Source: an uncultured Gemmatimonadales bacterium
Lineage (GTDB): Bacteria; Gemmatimonadota; Gemmatimonadetes; Gemmatimonadales; GWC2-71-9
Assembly: GCA_963730185.1 (NCBI GenBank)
Contig: CAVSQW010000015.1
Span: 96,001-160,000 of the forward strand
Length of the DNA: 64,000 bases
Direction of reading: 5' to 3'
Shown one piece after another: positions 63,037-64,000 of this stretch (position 1 is its first letter; each line of letters opens with the position of its first letter). Below the pieces are notes generated by a model. It did no database searches, was not told the DNA's origin, and worked only from the letters and a program-made list of their open reading frames with translations. Position numbers and translations under genes: made by a program.

Positions 63037-63081
63037 CTTATCCGGCCGTTAAGCGTGGGTTCATGCTGGGGTTGCCATATT
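63037..63081 (+). promoter_or_regulatory. Island promoter upstream of hsp20
   Basis: CTTATC-N5-GTTAAG-N5-GTTCAT-N11-CATATT; an extra inverted pair CTTCAC-N5-TTTCAC lies at 62994-63010. Confidence 0.55.
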
Positions 63082-63135
63082 GCGCGCGCACAGGGAACCC
63101 GAGACACGCCCGGACTGCCGGGCAAGGAGGTTGGA

Positions 63136-63579
63136 ATGCGAATGGTCAAATCCAATCCCGTCGCGACGATGAAGCCCGACGTCGACCGCTTCTTCGATCG
63201 CTTCTTCAACACCCCGCTCTGGCCGCTGTCCACGCCGCGGGCGGCATTCGAGACCATTTGGGAACCGGTGCTCGACTTTTCCGAGACCAACAAGGAGTAC
63301 ATGATCCGCCTCGAGATCGCGGGCGTCACCCGCGACGATCTCGACGTGAATCTCGACGGCAACCTGTTGACCCTCTCCGGCAAGCGCGAGCTCCACAAGC
63401 AGGAAAAGAACGAGGATTTCCTCTGGGAGGAGCGGGAAGAGGGACGTTTCATCCGGACCCTCCGGCTGCCCGGGGCCGTGGACGAGGCCAAGATCGAGGC
63501 CGTGTACTCCGACGGCGTGCTGACGGTCAAGCTCCCGAAAGCGGAGGTGGCCGCCAAGAGTAAGGTCACCATCAAGTAG
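63136..63579 (+). CDS. Hsp20/alpha-crystallin small heat shock protein
   Basis: WEPVLD, GRFIRTLRLP, AVYSDGVLTVKLPK; AAGGAGG RBS; start ATG 63136. Confidence 0.95.
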   Translation: MRMVKSNPVATMKPDVDRFFDRFFNTPLWPLSTPRAAFETIWEPVLDFSETNKEYMIRLEIAGVTRDDLDVNLDGNLLTLSGKRELHKQEKNEDFLWEEREEGRFIRTLRLPGAVDEAKIEAVYSDGVLTVKLPKAEVAAKSKVTIK

Positions 63580-63580
63580 G

Positions 63581-63638
63581 CCGGGACCCGCGGGTCCCGG
63601 ATCATGCCCCCGGATCGGGTCAGGCCCGGTCCGGGGGC
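63581..63638 (+). terminator. Hairpins after hsp20
   Basis: Perfect 20-bp palindrome CCGGGACCCGCGGGTCCCGG, then GCCCCCGGATCGGG..CCCGGTCCGGGGGC followed by GTTT. Confidence 0.55.
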
Positions 63639-63653
63639 GTTTCACACGGTGGC

Positions 63654-63687
63654 TTGACGGATAGAGATAGTACATATACTATATACT
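63654..63687 (+). promoter_or_regulatory. Sigma70 promoter with ArsR-type operator
   Basis: TTGACG-N17-TACTAT; ATAGTA-N4-TACTAT inverted repeat (63667-63682) and ATATACT x2 in an AT-rich patch. Confidence 0.65.
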
Positions 63688-63711
63688 ATGTTCTTAACGG
63701 ATTCCTGAACC

Positions 63712-64000
63712 ATGGCCGCTCGCAAACCCCTCCTCCGCGGGATCGACGCCCGCGTCCTCAAGCGGGCCGCGGAGATCATCAAGCTCGTCGGACACCCGGA
63801 GCGCCTCAAGATCGTGGAGGCCCTGGAGGGCGGCGAGTGCACGGTCGGCACCCTCTGCGAGATCTGTGATCTGGGGCAGGCGATCTGCTCCCAGCACCTG
63901 AGCCGGCTCCGAGACAAGGGCGTGGTGGCATCCCGGCGGGACGGCCTCCACGTGATCTACCGGCTGATCGAACCCAAAGTCCCCATGATCCTCGAGTGTA
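63712..64000 (+). CDS. ArsR/SmtB family regulator (runs off window; absent from ORF track)
   Basis: Own translation: MAARKPLLRGIDARVLKRAAEIIKLVGHPERLKIVEALEGGECTVGTLCEICDLGQAICSQHLSRLRDKGVVASRRDGLHVIYRLIEPKVPMILEC. Confidence 0.92.
   Translation, partial: MAARKPLLRGIDARVLKRAAEIIKLVGHPERLKIVEALEGGECTVGTLCEICDLGQAICSQHLSRLRDKGVVASRRDGLHVIYRLIEPKVPMILEC

Overview
GC-rich (~70% by eye) bacterial chromosomal segment. Gene content suggests Gemmatimonadota; this is inference only. It looks like an imperfectly polished assembly: gyrB carries about 8 indels, and ccoG, an S9 peptidase and a CHAD gene are also frameshifted. Left part: mgtA-like ATPase, HDOD protein, a norCBQD nitric oxide reductase operon with a di-heme NorC, recF-dciA-msrB-gyrB, heptamer-repeat-flanked enoyl-CoA hydratase and glpK, ccmEFH, a TPR/pseudo-transglutaminase/ABC operon, uvrA, a sulfotransferase and an S9 peptidase. 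Two systems stand out. (1) 35.1-38.4 kb: six tandem small membrane proteins sharing an E-ER-x-DF-x-ERLL coiled-coil tail (PspB-like), then a CesT/YbjN-like chaperone and PspA, behind a SigW-type ECF promoter. (2) 41-64 kb: a hypoxia/dormancy island (cbb3 oxidase and maturation genes, P1B ATPase, 2 USPs, Acg, baeRF/Balon-like factor, CBS, Hsp20). It is built around a kinase with a DosS-type heme-GAF domain wired to an OmpR-family regulator. Nine promoters in the island share one 45-bp layout: three CTTCAN-like hexamers at 11-bp period, 11 nt, then a -10 box. No rRNA, tRNA, CRISPR or mobile element was recognised.
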